The notes below the pieces were generated by a model, which was not told where the DNA came from, made no database searches, and was given only the letters and a program-made list of their open reading frames with translations. A stretch of 64,000 nucleotides of DNA from Paracoccaceae bacterium (GTDB taxonomy: Bacteria; Pseudomonadota; Alphaproteobacteria; Rhodobacterales; Rhodobacteraceae), in assembly GCA_028285485.1 (NCBI GenBank), contig JANQPC010000107.1:784-64783 (forward strand), written 5' to 3'. Each line of letters starts with the position of its first letter. Position 1 is the stretch's first letter. The position numbers and the translations under genes are program-made. Positions 19,331 to 28,989 of the stretch are shown one piece after another.

Positions 19331-21023
19331 CATCGCGGGCACGGCGCCTTCCAAGAGCGCCCGTGCGCGGGCCAAAGCGCCCTGGGGCCTCAGAGCCACC
19401 GCGCTTGCCGCGGCCGCCCTATGCCTTCTGCCGATGGTGGCCGTGGCACTTGCCGCGGCGCTGAGCGGAACTGAAACGCTTTCGCACCTCGCCGATACCG
19501 TGCTGGCGCGCTACACCGGCGCGACGCTGATGCTCGTGGGGCTTGTCGCCACCGGCACGATCCTGATCGGCACCGGCGCGGCCTGGCTTGTGACGATGAC
19601 GCGCTTCCCAGGCGTGCGGATTTTCGAGATCGCGCTGGCGCTGCCGCTGGCCTTCCCCGCCTATGTGCTGGCCTATGCCTATACCGACGTGCTCGATCAC
19701 CCCGGCATCGTGCAAACAACACTGCGCGATCTGACGGGCTGGGGCCCGCGGGGTTACTGGTTTCCGGAGGTGCGCAGCCTGCCGGGCGCGGCGGCGATGC
19801 TGACGCTGGTGCTCTATCCTTACGTGTACCTCCTCGCGCGCGCGGCGTTTTTGCAGCAATCGGCCACCGCCTATCTCGCCGCACGGGCGCTGGGGCAAAG
19901 CGCCTGGGGCGCGTTTTTGCGGATTTCGCTGCCCATGGCGCGGCCCGCCATTGCGGGCGGCGCGCTTCTGGCGGTGATGGAGACGATCGCGGATTTCGGC
20001 ACCGTGGCCTATTTCGGCGTGCAGACCTTTGCGACCGGCATCTACATGAGCTGGTTTTCCATGGCCGACCGGGGCGCGGCGGCGCAGCTGGCCTGCGCGC
20101 TTCTGGCGTTTGCGCTGCTGATCGCGCTTTTGGAGCGGATTCAGCGCGGCGAGGCCCGCCACCATGCCACCGGTGCACGGTTCGAACGCATCCCGCCCGC
20201 GGCGCTGGAAGGCTGGCGCGCGGCGGGCGCGATGGCGCTTTGCGGCTTTCCGGTGCTTTTCGGCTTTGCGCTGCCGGTGGTGATCCTCACCGAAATGGCA
20301 GTGGGATCGGAGCAGAACCTGCTCAGCCCCCGCTACCTTGGCTTTATCCGAAACTCGATCACGCTCGCCGGGATTGCAGCGGTGATCACCGTGGTCGCCG
20401 CCATGGCCATCGGCTTTTTTCAGCGGCTGGAGCCGGGCCGCGTGGCCCATGGCGCGGCGCATGTGGCGCGGATCGGCTACGCCGTGCCGGGCGGCGTGAT
20501 CGCGGTGGGCCTTCTGGTGCCCTTCGCGGCCTTCGACAATGCGCTTGATGCCTTCATGCGCGCGGAATTCGGAATTTCCACGGGGCTTTTATTCACCGGG
20601 TCGATCTGGTTGCTCGTGGTGGCCTATATGGTGCGGTTTCTGGCCGCCGCGCTTGGCGCCTACGATGCCGGGCAGGCAGCGGTGCATACCAACATGGATG
20701 CCGTCGCCCGCACCCTCGGCCACGGGCCGGGGGGCATGCTGCGCCGCGTGCACCTGCCGATCCTGAAGCCCGCGGTGCTGACGGCGGCGCTGATCGTTTT
20801 TGTTGACGTGATGAAGGAGCTGCCGGCCACGCTGATCATGCGGCCTTTCAACTTTGACACACTCGCGGTGCAGGCGCACCGGTTGGCAAGCGACGAGCGG
20901 CTTTCGGGCGCGGCGGTGCCGAGCCTTGTGATCGTGGCGGTGGGGCTTTTGCCGGTGATCCTGGTGTGCCGGAGCTTGGGGCGTTACCGCGCGGAGGTGG
21001 GGCGCTCGGTGGGGGCGGGTTGA
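19314..21023 (+). CDS. Fe(3+)-type ABC transporter permease (duplicated 6-TM, FbpB-like)
   Basis: 569-aa polytopic protein with two BPD-transporter EAA-like loops. It overlaps the tpiA 3' end by 17 nt if the first ATG is used. Confidence 0.75.
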   Translation: MRALADIAGTAPSKSARARAKAPWGLRATALAAAALCLLPMVAVALAAALSGTETLSHLADTVLARYTGATLMLVGLVATGTILIGTGAAWLVTMTRFPGVRIFEIALALPLAFPAYVLAYAYTDVLDHPGIVQTTLRDLTGWGPRGYWFPEVRSLPGAAAMLTLVLYPYVYLLARAAFLQQSATAYLAARALGQSAWGAFLRISLPMARPAIAGGALLAVMETIADFGTVAYFGVQTFATGIYMSWFSMADRGAAAQLACALLAFALLIALLERIQRGEARHHATGARFERIPPAALEGWRAAGAMALCGFPVLFGFALPVVILTEMAVGSEQNLLSPRYLGFIRNSITLAGIAAVITVVAAMAIGFFQRLEPGRVAHGAAHVARIGYAVPGGVIAVGLLVPFAAFDNALDAFMRAEFGISTGLLFTGSIWLLVVAYMVRFLAAALGAYDAGQAAVHTNMDAVARTLGHGPGGMLRRVHLPILKPAVLTAALIVFVDVMKELPATLIMRPFNFDTLAVQAHRLASDERLSGAAVPSLVIVAVGLLPVILVCRSLGRYRAEVGRSVGAG

Positions 21024-21077
21024 TGGCCCAAATCGTGTGACGGGAGCCGGGCGCGGGGAACAGGCGTATCGCCCCCC

Positions 21078-21791
21078 CTACCCCCGGAACCCCGTGGCCA
21101 CCACGAACTTCTCCGAACTGTCTGCCCGGCTCGCGGGCGGCTTGATGTTGGCCACTTTGGCGAAACGCTGTTTCAGTTCCGCCTGAAGCTGCCCTTCGGC
21201 CCCGCCCGCCAGCACCTTGGCCACAAACGTGCCGCCCGGGGCCAGCACATCAAAGGCCAGCTCCGCCGCCGCCTCGCAAAGCGCAATGATGCGCAGATGA
21301 TCCGTCTGCTTGTGGCCCGAAGATGCCGCGGCCATGTCAGACATCACGACATCGGCCTCACCCCCCAGCCACTCCTTCACCCGGTCATCGGCGCCGTCTT
21401 CGAGGAAATCGAGCTGATGAAGCTCGGCCCCCGCAATCGGCTCCACCGCCTGGAGATCAAGCCCGATCACCCGGCCCTTCGGCTGGCCCGCCCGTTCGCC
21501 CAGCGCATTGACCCGCGCCACCGCCACCTGGCACCAGCCGCCGGGCGCGCAGCCAAGATCGACAACGCGCGCGCCGGGCTTCAGAAAGCCGAACTTGTCG
21601 TCAAGTTCGAGGATCTTGAAGGCCGCGCGCCCGCGATAGCCTTCGGCCTTGGCGCGTTTCACATAGGGATCGTTCAGTTGCCGTTCGAGCCAGCGGGTGG
21701 AACTGAGCTTGCGCCCGCGCGCGCTTTTCACCTTTACGCGCAGATCGCGCTGGCCGCGGCCAGACGTGCCTTTCTTCGGTGGTTTGGCCAT
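21078..21791 (-). CDS. rlmE: 23S rRNA 2'-O-ribose U2552 methyltransferase RlmE (FtsJ)
   Basis: '[13 protein letters not shown]' and SAM motif '[14 protein letters not shown]'. Confidence 0.9.
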   Translation of the reverse strand: MAKPPKKGTSGRGQRDLRVKVKSARGRKLSSTRWLERQLNDPYVKRAKAEGYRGRAAFKILELDDKFGFLKPGARVVDLGCAPGGWCQVAVARVNALGERAGQPKGRVIGLDLQAVEPIAGAELHQLDFLEDGADDRVKEWLGGEADVVMSDMAAASSGHKQTDHLRIIALCEAAAELAFDVLAPGGTFVAKVLAGGAEGQLQAELKQRFAKVANIKPPASRADSSEKFVVATGFRG

Positions 21792-21793
21792 GC

Positions 21794-22918
21794 TCAGTAG
21801 GGCCCGTCTTCCAGCACGCCATCGGCAGACATCTGGGCGTATAGCAGCCCCTCGCGCAGGCCCCGGTCGGCCACAGAAAGCCTGTCTGTCGGCCAGACGC
21901 GCAAAAGCGCCTGCAGGATCGCAGCGCCCGACATGATCAGGGCCTGCCTGTCACGCCCGATGCGGGGATCGTTGCGGCGGCCCTCGGGGCCAAGGGCGAG
22001 GTATTCGCGGATCACGGCATCGATCTGATCGGAGGTCATGCGCAGCCCGTCCACCTTGTTGCGATCATAGCGGCGCAGGCCCAGATGGCTGGCTGCCACC
22101 GTGGTGATCGTGCCCGAGGTGCCGATCACCTGAAAGCCCTCGCGCGCCTGCTCGTTCTCATAGGGCGAGAAATCGGCGAGGTTCTCTTCGAAAAACCAGC
22201 TCATCAACGCGAAGCGGGCGGCATCGTCGCGCACATCGTTGAATTGCTCGCGCAGGGTGGCCACGCCGAGGGGCACGGAGATCCAGTCCACCACCCGCGC
22301 CGCCGGGAAGGGCGAATCGTCATTGGCGAAACCGGCATGCAGCCGCATGATCGCGCGCGGGCGTTCCAGCCGCGGCACGCGGGTCAGATCGATCCACACA
22401 AGCTCGGTTGACCCGCCGCCGATATCAACCACGAGAAGCTGTTCGGTCTTGGTGGAGACGAGCGGTGCGCAGGAGATCACGGCGAGGCGCGCCTCTTCCT
22501 CGGGCTGGATGATCTCCAGCCTGAGCCCGGTTTCGCGGCGCACATAGCCGATGAACTGGCCGGCATTGGTGGCCCGGCGACAGGCCTCTGTCGCCACCAG
22601 CCGCATCCGGCCAACCTCATGCTTCTTCAGCTTGTTCTGGCAGATGCGCAGGGCCTGTACGGTGCGCTGCATCGAGCCGCGGGAGAGCTTGCCGCTTGTT
22701 TCCAAACCCTGACCCAATTGCACCGATTTCGAGAAACTGTCCACGACATGGAACTGATTGCCCTTCGGCTGGGCGATCAGCATGCGGCAGCTGTTCGTGC
22801 CGAGATCCAGCGCCGCATACAGCGATGCGGGATCGGGCACGGGTGGCGCGGCGCGCTCTACCGGTTTCGGGAACGCGCCCGCGGCGTCGGGGCGCTCGGG
22901 CGGCATATCGCCCTCCAA
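21794..22918 (-). CDS. Ppx/GppA family phosphatase
   Basis: ASKHA-fold motifs '[14 protein letters not shown]' and '[12 protein letters not shown]'. It ends 2 nt before the rlmE start. Confidence 0.8.
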   Translation of the reverse strand: MEGDMPPERPDAAGAFPKPVERAAPPVPDPASLYAALDLGTNSCRMLIAQPKGNQFHVVDSFSKSVQLGQGLETSGKLSRGSMQRTVQALRICQNKLKKHEVGRMRLVATEACRRATNAGQFIGYVRRETGLRLEIIQPEEEARLAVISCAPLVSTKTEQLLVVDIGGGSTELVWIDLTRVPRLERPRAIMRLHAGFANDDSPFPAARVVDWISVPLGVATLREQFNDVRDDAARFALMSWFFEENLADFSPYENEQAREGFQVIGTSGTITTVAASHLGLRRYDRNKVDGLRMTSDQIDAVIREYLALGPEGRRNDPRIGRDRQALIMSGAAILQALLRVWPTDRLSVADRGLREGLLYAQMSADGVLEDGPY

Positions 22919-23005
22919 TGTCGAGTTGCCTATATGCTAGGCACCGGCCCGTCACCACGCAAGGGTCATCACGGCGGCGCGCGCCAAGCGGTGCAAATCG
23001 GGCCC

Positions 23006-23041
23006 AAAACGAAAAACGGGCCGCAACTTTCGCCGCGGCCC
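23006..23041 (-). terminator. Rho-independent terminator downstream of the Fe3+-binding protein gene
   Basis: Minus strand GGGCCGC-N10-GCGGCCC followed by GUUUUUCGUUUUG. Confidence 0.7.
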
Positions 23042-23068
23042 GCCCCCGTGGGTTGGGGTGTGAAGGGA

Positions 23069-24100
23069 TTACTCCCAACCCACCTCGTTGAGGAGCTGCT
23101 GTGCGGCGGGGATGTTGTTGGCGATGGCCGTGGCATCGAGGTCATCGGGCTTGAAGAAGCCAAGCTGGGCCACCGAGGGGCTGAGCGCCACGCCGGGAAC
23201 GGCCGGGTATTCATCGTTGCCGGCGGAGAAGTATTCCTGCGCCTGTTCGGAGGCGAGATATTCAAGGAACAGGATCGCGTTTTCGAGGTTCGGCGCATTG
23301 GCGGCCACGCCGCCGCCGGAAAGATTCATATGCGCCCCGATCGAATCCTGGTTCGGGAACACCCAGCCGATGTTTTCCATCGCGTCTTTCGGCAGGCCCT
23401 CCACATCCTTCCGGATCGCGCGGCCGAAATAGTAGGTGTTTGACATCGAGATATCGCATTCGCCAGAGACGATGCCGCGCAGCTGATCGGTATCGCCGCC
23501 CTGCGGCGCCCGGGCGAAATTGGCCACCACGGCCTCTGCCCAGCCTTTCACGGCATCGGCGCCCAGATGCTCGATCAGGGCCGCGGTGATTGTCTGGGTA
23601 TAGACATTCGAGGAAGAGCGGATGCAGACAAGGCCTGCGTATTTGGGATCGGCGAGATCCTGATAGGTCATCGGCGGATCGGTGACATCCGTCTTGTCGT
23701 AAAAGAGGATCCGGGCGCGCTGGGAGAAGCCGAACCACTGGTTCTCTTCATCCTGCAGATAGGCAGGCACGCGAGCCTCCAGAACCGGCGACTCGATTGA
23801 CTGGAAGAGCCCGGCATCCTTGGCGCGTTCAAGCCGCGAGGTATCGACGGTGAGGAACACATCGGCGGGGCTGTTGGCGCCCTCGGCCTCCATCCGCGCG
23901 ATCAGCTCATCGGCATTGCCTTCAATGCGGTTGATCGTGATGCCGGTGGCCTCGGTGAAATCGGAATAGAGGCGCTCATCGGTATCGTAGTGGCGCGAGG
24001 AGTAGAGGTTCAGCTCCCCGTTCGCAAAGGCGGGCAGCACGGGCCCGGCGAGGAATGCGGCGGCGGCGACGCCCAGCGCGAGGCTTCGGTTAGCAGGCAT
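23069..24100 (-). CDS. Fe(3+) ABC transporter periplasmic substrate-binding protein (FbpA/AfuA-like)
   Basis: Signal peptide and 'LNLYSSRHYDTDERLY', typical of ferric-binding proteins. 343 aa. Confidence 0.85.
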   Translation of the reverse strand: MPANRSLALGVAAAAFLAGPVLPAFANGELNLYSSRHYDTDERLYSDFTEATGITINRIEGNADELIARMEAEGANSPADVFLTVDTSRLERAKDAGLFQSIESPVLEARVPAYLQDEENQWFGFSQRARILFYDKTDVTDPPMTYQDLADPKYAGLVCIRSSSNVYTQTITAALIEHLGADAVKGWAEAVVANFARAPQGGDTDQLRGIVSGECDISMSNTYYFGRAIRKDVEGLPKDAMENIGWVFPNQDSIGAHMNLSGGGVAANAPNLENAILFLEYLASEQAQEYFSAGNDEYPAVPGVALSPSVAQLGFFKPDDLDATAIANNIPAAQQLLNEVGWE

Positions 24101-24124
24101 GGGTCTCTCCCAATGTTGACCATT

Positions 24125-24195
24125 TTCTGAGTTTATTACTCGGAAATCTGGGAAGGGCGGTCAAGCCTTATCTGAGTGAATCTATCGGATTTCTC
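24125..24195. promoter_or_regulatory. Two copies of a 26-nt motif TCTGAGT-N7-TCGGA-N2-TCT in the AT-rich promoter region of the Fe3+-binding protein gene, a candidate iron-responsive operator
   Basis: Copies at 24125-24150 and 24170-24195. The first contains the palindrome CTGAGT-N5-ACTCGG. A related CTGATTTTATTCAG lies at 24223-24236. Confidence 0.35.
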
Positions 24196-24228
24196 GTGTT
24201 GTAAGGTTCATCCGACATAATACTGATT

Positions 24229-25347
24229 TTATTCAGATTCTCGCGTGGCATCGTAGCCATAGAGCCAGTCGAAGCGCTTCAGCGCAGCGCCGGGCGCGAT
24301 CTGCCCGGCCAGCCGCAGGGCGGTATAAGCCAGCCGGTTGAGGGGCGGGCGCAGGTGATAGTTGCGCGCATTTGCGCTGGCCGCGGCCACCACCCGGGCC
24401 GCCCGATCCCGCCGCAGCGCCTGGTAGCGCGCAAGCGCTTCGGCTTGCGGTGCGCGGGCGAGGCAGGCCGCCAGCACCCAGGCATCTTCCAGCGCGAGGT
24501 TGGCGCCCTGAGCGAGGAAGGGCAGCGTGGGATGCGCGGCATCGCCGAGGATCGCGATCTCGCCATTCTGCCAGCGCGGGGCCACCGGATGCCGGAAGAG
24601 GCCCCAGAGATGCACCCGATCCACCCGCGCGAGCCAATCGCCCACGGGGCCGCCGAAGCGCGAAAACGCGGCACGCAAGGCGCCAGGATCGTCTTCGTGG
24701 GCCCAGCCCTCTTCCGCCCAGGCGCTGCGTTCTTCCACCGCCACGATATTGCGCAGGCCGCCCGGGAGGGGGTAGCTCACCAGATGCCGGCCCGGGCCCA
24801 TGAAAACCTCTACCTCCGGCGGCGCTTCATCGGGGATGAGCGCGCGCCAGGCGACCTGGCCGGTGAAGAACGGAACCTCGCGGCCGTTGAGCGCGGCGCG
24901 GTAGGCCGAGCGCCAGCCATCGGCGCCGATCTCAAGCCCCCCTGCCCTCACCCCGCCCGGCGCGCGCGGCGTGCCAAGAATGATCTGAACGCCCGCCTCC
25001 CGCGCCTGGGTCTCCAGAATCTCGATCAGCCGCGCGCGGTGGATCAGGCGGTAGCCCACGGGCACGCCCGCAAGATCAAGCCGCAGCACCGCGTGCCCAG
25101 TGGTGCCATCGCGCAGGGTCACCGCGCTGGCCGCCAGAGAGGCGCCGCGCAGTGCATCGCCAAGGCCCAGCGCCTCGATCACGCGCATCCCGTTGGGGCT
25201 GATCTGAAGCCCCGCGCCCACCTCGGTGATCTCGGGCGCCCGTTCGAAAAGCGAGACCGGCATGCCCTGCCGGGCCAAAGCGCAGGCCACGGCAAGGCCC
25301 GCCACGCCGCCGCCTGCAATGGTGATCTCCTGGCCCTTTCGTGCCAT
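24229..25347 (-). CDS. FAD-dependent monooxygenase (salicylate hydroxylase/UbiH-like)
   Basis: 'ITIAGGGVAGLAVACALAR' dinucleotide fold and 'ILGDAAHPTLPFLAQGANLALEDA'. Confidence 0.8.
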   Translation of the reverse strand: MARKGQEITIAGGGVAGLAVACALARQGMPVSLFERAPEITEVGAGLQISPNGMRVIEALGLGDALRGASLAASAVTLRDGTTGHAVLRLDLAGVPVGYRLIHRARLIEILETQAREAGVQIILGTPRAPGGVRAGGLEIGADGWRSAYRAALNGREVPFFTGQVAWRALIPDEAPPEVEVFMGPGRHLVSYPLPGGLRNIVAVEERSAWAEEGWAHEDDPGALRAAFSRFGGPVGDWLARVDRVHLWGLFRHPVAPRWQNGEIAILGDAAHPTLPFLAQGANLALEDAWVLAACLARAPQAEALARYQALRRDRAARVVAAASANARNYHLRPPLNRLAYTALRLAGQIAPGAALKRFDWLYGYDATRESE

Positions 25348-25383
25348 GCCGTTCCGGGCGCTCCTGACACATTGAAACAAGAT

Positions 25384-25417
25384 TGAAGAAAAAACGCCGG
25401 GGCGTTTCAGCCCCGGC
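25384..25417 (-). terminator. Rho-independent terminator of dksA
   Basis: Minus strand GCCGGGGC-UGAAAC-GCCCCGGC followed by GUUUUUUCUUC. Confidence 0.7.
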
Positions 25418-25470
25418 GCCCCCCTCCTCCTCCCAAAGGAGAGGACGTCACCGCCGCCGCCGGCGGGACA

Positions 25471-25944
25471 TCAATCGTCGCGATGCACGCGTTCGCGCCG
25501 CTCGTGACGTTCCTGTGCTTCCAGGCTCAGCGTCGTGGTGGGCCGGGCCACCAGACGCTTCAGCGAAATCGGATCGCCGGTATCCTGGCAATAGCCGAAT
25601 TCGCCCTCATCGATCCGCCGCAGGGCAGAATCGATCTTGGCCACCAGCTTGCGCTGGCGATCGCGGATTCGCAGCTCCAGCGCCCGATCCGTTTCCTCGC
25701 TCGCCCGGTCGGCGATATCGGGGATGTTGCGGGTGCCGTCTTGCAGACCGGCGATTGTGGATTTCGATTCGTTGAGAAGCTCGTTTTTCTGGCGGAGCAG
25801 CTCACGGCGGAACCATTCAAGCTGGCGGTCGTTCATGAATGGTTCGTCTTCGGCCGGACGATAATCGTCGGGCAGGAAAACTTCGGCCTTCATTCGCGTT
25901 CCCTTTGTGTCGGCGGCGGACGCATTCGGACTGAGGTCACTCAT
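25471..25944 (-). CDS. dksA: RNA polymerase-binding transcription factor DksA
   Basis: Coiled-coil tip 'DIADRASEETD', 'RKLVAKIDSALRRIDEGEFGYC' and an AAGGAGG SD 5 nt before the ATG at 25944. Confidence 0.88.
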   Translation of the reverse strand: MSDLSPNASAADTKGTRMKAEVFLPDDYRPAEDEPFMNDRQLEWFRRELLRQKNELLNESKSTIAGLQDGTRNIPDIADRASEETDRALELRIRDRQRKLVAKIDSALRRIDEGEFGYCQDTGDPISLKRLVARPTTTLSLEAQERHERRERVHRDD

Positions 25945-26075
25945 TCACGCCTCCTTTTGCGCGGGACATACCCGATGCCACGCGGGTTGTCACTATCCGA
26001 TCTGCGCGAGTTGAAGCCCCTGTGAGGGCGCGGTATCGTCAGGGCCTGAGGCGCGGCAAGCACATTGGAATCTCC

Positions 26076-26915
26076 ATGAAATTTTCGGGAACCGAGGCCT
26101 ATGTGGCCACCGAGGATCTGACCGTCGCGGTGAACGCAACAGTGACCCTCGAACGCCCGCTTTTGGTGAAGGGCGAGCCGGGCACGGGCAAGACGGAGCT
26201 TGCGCGCCAGGTGGCCGAGGCGCTGGGGATGCCGCTGATCGAATGGCATGTGAAATCCACCACCCGCGCCCAACAGGGGCTTTATGAATACGATGCCGTG
26301 AGCCGGTTGCGCGATAGCCAGCTGGGCGAGGCGCGGGTGCATGACGTGGCCAATTACATCCGCAAGGGCAAGCTCTGGCAGGCGTTCGAGGCGGATCGGA
26401 AGGTGGTTCTGCTGATCGACGAGATCGACAAGGCGGATATCGAGTTTCCGAACGATCTTTTGCAGGAGCTCGATCGCATGGAATTCCATGTCTATGAGAC
26501 AGGCGAGACGATCCGGGCGCGCCACCGCCCGGTGCTGATCATCACCTCCAACAATGAAAAGGAACTGCCCGACGCCTTCCTGCGCCGCTGCTTTTTCCAC
26601 TACATCCGCTTCCCGGATATCGAAACGATGCGCCGGATCGTTGAGGTGCACCATCCCGGGATCAAAGAGGCGCTGCTGACAACGGCGCTGACCCAGTTCT
26701 ATGAGCTGCGCGATCAGGCGGGGCTGAAGAAGAAACCCTCCACCTCGGAGGTGCTCGACTGGCTGAAGCTGCTTCTGGCCGAGGATATGAGCGCCGAGGA
26801 TCTGCGCGGCGATGGTAAGAGCGCGCTGCCGAAGCTTTATGGCGCGCTGTTGAAAAACGAACAGGACGTGCAGCTTTTTGAGCGGCTGGCCTTCATGGCG
26901 CGGCGCGAGCGGTAG
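26076..26915 (+). CDS. MoxR-like AAA+ ATPase
   Basis: Walker A 'GEPGTGKT', Walker B 'VLLIDEIDKA' and 'ITSNNEKELPDAFLRRC'. Confidence 0.85.
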   Translation: MKFSGTEAYVATEDLTVAVNATVTLERPLLVKGEPGTGKTELARQVAEALGMPLIEWHVKSTTRAQQGLYEYDAVSRLRDSQLGEARVHDVANYIRKGKLWQAFEADRKVVLLIDEIDKADIEFPNDLLQELDRMEFHVYETGETIRARHRPVLIITSNNEKELPDAFLRRCFFHYIRFPDIETMRRIVEVHHPGIKEALLTTALTQFYELRDQAGLKKKPSTSEVLDWLKLLLAEDMSAEDLRGDGKSALPKLYGALLKNEQDVQLFERLAFMARRER

Positions 26916-26999
26916 CGATCGCGCGCACGTGTCCGGCCCGCCACTGGCCGGCGCACCCTATCCCCGTTAGGGAAGCGGCAGCCGTTGAGGAGCGCCCCC

Positions 27000-27455
27000 A
27001 TGCCCGCAGATACCCCCGTGATCCGCCCTCTTGCCCGGGCCGATGAGCCCGCGTGGCGCAGGCTTTGGGCCGCCTATCTCGCCTTTTACGAAACCGACGT
27101 GCCCCCAGAGGTTTACGCGACGTATTTCGAGCGGCTTCTGGGCGATGATCCGCAGGATTACTCCTGCCTGCTGGCCGAAATCGGGGGCCGGCCCGTAGGC
27201 CTTGCGCATTTCGTGTTCCACCGCCACGGCTGGAAGATCGAAAACGTCTGCTACCTGCAGGATCTCTACGCCGATCCCGATGTACGGGGCCGCGGCGTGG
27301 GCCGGGCGCTTATCGAGGCCGTCTATGGCGCGGCGGACGCACATGGCTGCCCATCTGTTTATTGGACGACGCAGGACTTCAATCATTCCGCGCGGAAGCT
27401 ATATGATCGGATAGGCCGCCTGACCCCCTTCGTGAAATACGAGCGCCCCACGTGA
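27000..27455 (+). CDS. GNAT family N-acetyltransferase
   Basis: 'LYADPDVRGRGVGRALIEAV' acetyl-CoA-binding motif and a GAGGAG SD upstream. Confidence 0.75.
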   Translation: MPADTPVIRPLARADEPAWRRLWAAYLAFYETDVPPEVYATYFERLLGDDPQDYSCLLAEIGGRPVGLAHFVFHRHGWKIENVCYLQDLYADPDVRGRGVGRALIEAVYGAADAHGCPSVYWTTQDFNHSARKLYDRIGRLTPFVKYERPT

Positions 27456-28828
27456 TCCGACCCTTTGCCGTTTTCGCCTGCCTAACCCTTGCCGCCTGTT
27501 CGGGCGCGGTTTCGCCCGATCTGGCCGAACGGCGCGCGGCACAGAACCTTGCCCTGCCGCCGATGAAAACCTTTGCGACAAGCCCGGCGGCGCCGCCGGT
27601 GCGCTCCAACCGCTCGATCGCGGCCGATTTCCTCGATCTGACCTTCGCGCTCGAAAGCGGGCGGGAACTGCCGGTACTGACGCGGTTTGAGGGGCCGATC
27701 ACCGTTTCGGTGCGGGGCCGCGCGCCGCGCAGCCTTGGCAGCGACCTTGAGCAGCTGATCCTCCGGCTGCGTGCGGAGGCGGGGCTCGATATCCGTCGGG
27801 TGGGTGCCGAACAGGATGCGTCGATCGTGATCGAGGTTGTGACCCGGCGCGAATTGCAGCGCGCGGTGCCGCAGGCCGCCTGTTTCGTAGCCCCGCGGGT
27901 GACAAGCTGGGCCGAGTTCCGCCGCAATCGCCGGAGCGCGGTGCTGGATTGGACAACGCTGGAGAGGCGCGAGCGCATGGCGATCTTCCTGCCCGGCGAT
28001 GTACCGCCCCAGGAAGTGCGCGATTGCCTGCATGAAGAACTGGCGCAGGCGGTGGGCCCGCTCAACGATCTCTATCGCCTCTCCGACAGCGTGTTTAACG
28101 ATGATAACTTCCACACGGTTCTGACCGGGTTCGATATGCTGGTGCTGCGCATGACCTACGCGCCCGAACTGCAATCGGGCATGTCGCGCGATCAGGTGGC
28201 CGCCGCGTTGCCGGGGCTTCTGGCGCGGCTGAACCCCCGCGGCGCAGATGGGGCCGAACCGGCGCCGACCGCCACGCCCCGCGCCTGGGTTTCAATGATG
28301 GAAGCCGCCCTTGATCCGCGAAGCAGCCCCTCTCGCCGCCGCAGTGCCGCGCGCGATGCCGTGGCCTTTGCGGTGGAGCAGGAGTGGACGGACAATCGCC
28401 TGGGCTACAGCCTCTACGCCTTCGGGCGGCTGATGATCGGCACCGAGCCCGAACTTGCGATCTCGGCCTTCATCCGCGCGGGCAGCCTTTATGCATCGGA
28501 CCGGTCGAGCGCGCTGCAGGAGGCCCATGTGGCCACCCAGCTTGCGGCCTTTGCGCTGACGGGCGGGCAATCGGACATCGCGCTTGAGATCGTGAACGAA
28601 CATCTGCCTGCCGTGGCGCGGGCAGAGAAGGCGGATCTGCTGGCCACGCTGCTGTTCATCAAGGCCGAGGCGCTGGAGCTTGAGAACCGCGCGAGCGAGG
28701 CGCAATCGGTGCGGCAGGAAAGCCTTGGCTGGGCGCGCTATGGTTTTGGCGCGGATGCCGAGGTGCGGGCGCGGGCGGCCGAAATTGCGGCGTTGAGCCC
28801 GCGCATGCGCCAGCAGGCCCGGCGATGA
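27452..28828 (+). CDS. Putative lipoprotein (N-terminal region resembles the DUF2927 family as I recall it; helical repeat-like C-terminus)
   Basis: Lipobox 'LTLAAC'. The GTG start overlaps the GNAT stop (GTGA). 458 aa. Confidence 0.5.
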   Translation: MIRPFAVFACLTLAACSGAVSPDLAERRAAQNLALPPMKTFATSPAAPPVRSNRSIAADFLDLTFALESGRELPVLTRFEGPITVSVRGRAPRSLGSDLEQLILRLRAEAGLDIRRVGAEQDASIVIEVVTRRELQRAVPQAACFVAPRVTSWAEFRRNRRSAVLDWTTLERRERMAIFLPGDVPPQEVRDCLHEELAQAVGPLNDLYRLSDSVFNDDNFHTVLTGFDMLVLRMTYAPELQSGMSRDQVAAALPGLLARLNPRGADGAEPAPTATPRAWVSMMEAALDPRSSPSRRRSAARDAVAFAVEQEWTDNRLGYSLYAFGRLMIGTEPELAISAFIRAGSLYASDRSSALQEAHVATQLAAFALTGGQSDIALEIVNEHLPAVARAEKADLLATLLFIKAEALELENRASEAQSVRQESLGWARYGFGADAEVRARAAEIAALSPRMRQQARR

Positions 28829-28989
28829 TTGTGATCGCGGGCGCCCTCGGCGGCGCGGCCTGGGGCGCCTATCTGGCGAAATCGCGCGAAGGCACGCGGG
28901 CCGACATGGCGCAATATGCGGCCGGGTTCGGGATTGCCTTCGCGCTCCTGGGCCTGTTCGCGACGATCTTCCTGGAACGGATGCTTTAG
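28825..28989 (+). CDS. Candidate 54-aa two-helix membrane protein
   Basis: Not in the ORF track. Its ATG overlaps the TGA of the lipoprotein gene (ATGA). Sequence: MIVIAGALGGAAWGAYLAKSREGTRADMAQYAAGFGIAFALLGLFATIFLERML. Confidence 0.4.
   Translation: MIVIAGALGGAAWGAYLAKSREGTRADMAQYAAGFGIAFALLGLFATIFLERML

Noticed and set aside
25421-25450. CCTCCTCCTCCC tract on the plus strand, reminiscent of the CCUCCUCCC motif of 'cuckoo'/CcsR-type sRNAs.
   Set aside because: On the minus strand it is simply the 3' arm of a hairpin (UCCUCUCC-UUU-GGGAGGAGGA) in the dksA 3' UTR, just before the dksA terminator. On the plus strand there is no terminator or hairpin context placing the motif in a loop.
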